A stretch of 64,000 nt of DNA from Monocercomonoides exilis PA203 (Eukaryota > Protista > Preaxostyla), in assembly GCA_001643675.2 (NCBI GenBank), contig LSRY02000011.1, positions 1,240,001-1,304,000 of the forward strand, read 5' to 3'. The notes beneath the pieces are model-generated. The model was not told the DNA's origin. It saw nothing but the letters and a program-made list of their open reading frames with translations, and made no database searches. Shown one piece after another: positions 59,853 to 64,000 of this stretch. The position numbers and the translations under genes were made by a program. The first letter of the stretch is position 1; every line of letters begins with the position of its first letter.

Positions 59853-62800
59853 CTGCAGCTGGTCAATCGAATCCAGCCACCATCTACGATTCACTCAGCA
59901 AACTTCATCCGTATGTGCCACCAGCAGATGATGAGCTGTACAACACATCTCAGATGAAGTATGGCTCGAAAAGTGGCAGCTTCGATAAATCTCTTCTTTC
60001 TCAACGAAGACGGAGTGAAAACTGGGCAGAAGATGGAGAATATAGTCCCGACGAAGGCAGCTCTTCATCGCACAACACATTTCTGGATGAAGAAAAGTGG
60101 AATCCGCGCGAAGACGACCACGAAAGCGTGAGCTGGAGTCAGAGCACACAGGAATCAGACCGCTATTCGAATTCCCTGCACAGGAAGAAGCGGATGCTGA
60201 GTGTGTTTTCGGAGATTCCGCCGAGCGAGCAGAGCGCGCAAAGCGAATCAGACAGTGCAGACAGTTCAGATGGAGAAGGGTCGTCCTCATTGCTGCTTGT
60301 CTCTTCTCCTTCCACTCATTCCACGATGCTCTCTACAGACAGCTTCGACAGCTCTGCCCCGACTGAGTCGTCGTTTCCTGGTTCGACCTCTTCCTTTCTG
60401 AGGGACGGACAGCAAAGCGAGTCAGCGTCACAGTCTCATTCGCATTCACATTCGAATTCTCTTTCGATTCTCTCTTCTTCTTCTTCTGTCCTATCATCCT
60501 CTGAGTCAGACCCCACGCTGTATCATTTGAAGTACACTATCCCATCCACCGATGGTACACCCCCAAAAGTGTTGGACTTTGACTTCTCGACTGAGACTGA
60601 TAGAGCAGAAGACGTAGCAGCAGAGATGGCAGCGTCGTTTGGGCTGCCGGAAGAGGTGCAGCCGGTGATTGTGGATGCGATCGAGAGACAGATTGAAGAG
60701 AAGATACTCGAAAGAGACTCGAGGAAGAGGCTGAGGGCGGCGAGGCGCTTAGAGAGAGAGAAGAGAAGGGAGGTGAGGAGGAAAGAGAGGAGGAGGAGGA
60801 AGTGGCTGAGGAAGAAGAGGAACATGAGGAGGGCGGAGAAATACAGGCTGAAAGTGGCAGAGAGAAAGAGAGGGCGCTCAGAGCAGATGAAAAGAGAGGC
60901 AGAAAAAGACGGGAAAGAAGTGACAAGTGAAAGCAGACGAGAGTCAATGCCAAACTTGCCTTTGAACCAGCCATTTGGAGTGTTGCAGAGATCTCCTTCT
61001 CAATCGATAATGTCAACCAGCTCGCCTTCAAAGCAAGGTGCTTCTTCTTCTTCTTCTGCACAAGAGCAACAACTATCAACTGAGCCAGCATTCACAAACA
61101 GAGAGGATATGCATACAAACATATCTGTTCCATCTTCAACACACCCGAACTTTGACAGGGAAAGCCAGCATTCAGAAAGCGAGCTGTCTGCCCTGAAAAC
61201 AACAGAAGATGTTCCAAACAGAACTTTTGCGACAATCACATCCGAAGCAACCAAAGAAAATGAAGAGGAAACAGAGAGCGAAGACTCTGAACTGGTCATT
61301 CCGATATTGTCATCCACATCCACCACAGGTTCCTCCTCCATCCAGCTGATCCCCCACACTCGCTCCGCCAGCCAGCATCAGCTGCTACCAGCTGTGCCCA
61401 CACCATCAAACACTCCAACACCAATAGAACCAGTCACACCTTCCCCTACCCCTCCATCTGCATCTATGAATGCTTATGCAAACGCCTCTGCAAATGCGTC
61501 TGCAAATGTGTCACCAATGAACTTTGAACAAGAAGGAGGAAGTTCAAACGAAATACACAGGCAGCGTCATGGGCCGTCTCTGACACAGCCATCTATCAGC
61601 CCGCAGATCAGCTCGCCTCCCACACCTTCTCGAAGGCACTTCAAACTGTCTGACAGCGGAGACTCCAAAACACTCCCTGCTTCTATCAAAACAACTGCTT
61701 CCACTGCCTCTGCTGCATCTTCGATGTCTTCCATTGCTTCAGTTGCTTCCATTTCTCCTGGTTCTGCTAGCACCCAACCTCCCTCGTCGGCTGTGGTGTA
61801 TGGCGGCGGCTCCTCTGGAACCCGCACCTTCATCACATCCACCCCAGTCAGCGCCTCTCATTCTATCACCTCACAACAGATCCTGCCAACTATCTCATCC
61901 ATCTCTTCAGCTTCTTCCACTGTCATCTCCACATCTGCCCTGTCTCCTGTCTCTTCTCCGCCTCCTTCTGTTCCTTCAAACACAGCCATTTCTGCCTCTT
62001 CTATTGTTTCTCCTCCAATCGTCACACAACCTTCTCCTCCACAAGGCATTTCTGATGAAACAGCTGCCTCAACCACAGCTTCCACTGCTTCTGCAACCGA
62101 CCGCTCCCCAACCTCACATTCAGTTCACACTGTGTCCTCTGCCGCTTCTGCTTCTTCTGGCTCTGTTTATTCCCCCGTCTCTGCTAATTCCGCCTCTTCT
62201 ACTGCATTAGACTCACAAATGGGGTCACAAGTGAAATCTCTGAGTCCCACACTCACATCTTCTGCGATGTATCAGCTCACAACCCCTCCAACAGCTGTGT
62301 TGAATGGCAGTGTAAGTTCAATGAAGCAGTCTCCATTGCTCAATTCCGGTGAAAAGCACAGTGAAGGAGAACAAGTGTTTGTGTCCACACTCAACTCGCT
62401 CCCGTCAATCACTGCGTGGAACGTGCTGCCTTCGCCTGATGCAGATCTGTCTGCTCAGAAGGAAAACATCAATCAAAGAGAAAGTATCAACATCACTGGA
62501 GGTATCAGCGGTATCAACAGTATCAGCAGCAGCAGCCATACTCTTCCACCACAGCCCAGCCAGTACATGAAGTATGCTCTCCAGACCCCCTCTGCCTCTC
62601 CACTGCGCCCGTCTTCCTCTGGCTTCTCCACCACTGCCTCTTCTCGTGCCTCTCCCTCTCGTCTCTTCTCTGTAACTGACTCGTCTGAGCCAAACACCCC
62701 TACCTCTGTCTCTATCCCTCCTTCATATGGTACAAAGCCTCCATCGCCCACTCCTCCATTCATGTTTGCTTCAATCAACGGCTCCCCGCCAGATGCACTG

Positions 62801-64000
62801 GGCAGCAGTGGCAGCAGCAATAATAACAATAACAATAACAATAGCAGCAGTAATAGCATTAATAACATAAATGGCAATAGCACAACTTCACAGAGAAGCC
62901 TCGTCCCTCCTGTGATGAAGTACATCATGGGCCTTAAAAGAATCCATTCAGACGCCTTTTCTGATGCGGGTAAGGCAAACAGCTCATCCAACCAGATAAG
63001 CCCATCAACGTATGCTATCCAGAGCCAGAACCAGAACCACAGCAAGACGTTTTCTAGTCTCTCGGGGCATCCAAGTCACATGTCAAATCCAGAGCTTCTG
63101 CATGTGCATGCGCTGAGTGATAAAGACAGTGACAAACAGCTTCAGCTCAACACTCTGAATGAAAACTCTCCTTCCCCCACGCCTTCCTCCACATCCCTCT
63201 CTTCCTCTTCCTTTGCTGGCATTGAGCAGTTCTCCGAAGCCAAAGAGCATCTTCCCCAGTCTGCCAAGCAGCCCCGCTCGCACTCAGTCGCACCTGGTTC
63301 CACACTCCCCACAATCCCCAGCGTCTCCTCAGGAGCCTTCCACAAATCGCAATCGTTTGCCATTTCTTCCCTGCGCTGCACAGATGACAGACACATCCGA
63401 CATCATCTGCATCGGTTTCTGAGGAAGCATCGCCTGGCTACATCGATGCTATCACGTGATCTGCTCACTGAGATCAATTCTTGTGGAATCATCCGCCCAA
63501 CACTCAATCCGGGGCCTCTCCATCTCTGCAGCCCTTCTGTGCTCCCTCCTCTGCACTCATCGTATGGCGGGCCTTTTTACTCGTTTGTGAAGAAGGAGAG
63601 GAAGAAGAGAGCAGAACTGAGGCAGAAGAAAGCGAAACAATTACACACACAAACTCCATCTTCTGTGGACAAATCCTCAAAAAATGCAGAAGAAGACAAT
63701 GTTCCGTGCAGCCAGTCGCCTACTGTGAAGATCGGGGACATCGTCACTGAAGGCACCGATCTCAATCAAATGGGCTTCGACTTCGATTCTTCTCCTCTTG
63801 TCAGCTCACCCGGTGAGCTGCTACGTTCAATCTCGCCTGTTTCCTCTTCTTCCCCGTCCCGCTGCTGCGCCACGCACCGCAGCTCTTTCTTCGATGAGAT
63901 GCTGGGAGAGTATGTGGGCATCCAGTACAAGTTGCAGCAGCAGAGCTATGTCCCTTATGTGCACCTGCCTCCCATCCGCTTATCAGCAGCCATCCATCCA
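55813..64000 (+). CDS. WNK-family (pseudo)kinase with very long low-complexity tail, 3' end beyond window
   Basis: VEKDPSGRYVK|YSNEVVEKSPFKEVFVAYD..GNEVTW, HPNI..FDYW, ITEKMSSGTLK, FLHSQIPPVVHQDVKSENIYINGQTGKVKLGEFG and PYEEC. CCT-like motif LDFDFSTETDRAEDVAAEM at ~60570. The last exon from ~56387 appears open to the window edge. Confidence 0.88.

Overview
Eukaryotic DNA with AT-rich intergenic regions, short GT-AG introns, Ser-rich genes and the standard genetic code. The gene families resemble those of the oxymonad Monocercomonoides; that assignment is an inference. Layout: (i) 0.6-18.9 kb is a DNA-transposon island between divergent tRNA-Arg(ACG) and tRNA-Gly(TCC) genes, with pogo-type, PHIS/Harbinger-type (DDE_Tnp_4) and Merlin/IS1595-type elements and many MITEs and foldbacks. 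(ii) 19-42 kb holds host genes: SRP14, a ~3,470-aa low-complexity protein, RPL23A, RPS27A and a ~3,050-aa receptor-like pseudokinase. (iii) 42.8-49.6 kb is a second nested TE island. (iv) 50-64 kb holds a PXK/Slob-like pseudokinase, RAD9, a decayed gene copy and a large WNK-type kinase that runs off the window. The most striking observation is a stack of six abutting DNA elements (9905-18848) from two unrelated superfamilies. Removing each with one copy of its target duplication collapses them to a 12-nt empty site immediately upstream of tRNA-Gly, which suggests repeated DNA transposition targeted to a Pol III start region. A Merlin-type element (1903-4930) that has captured a host gene fragment is also notable. 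All calls were made by eye; no database searches were run.
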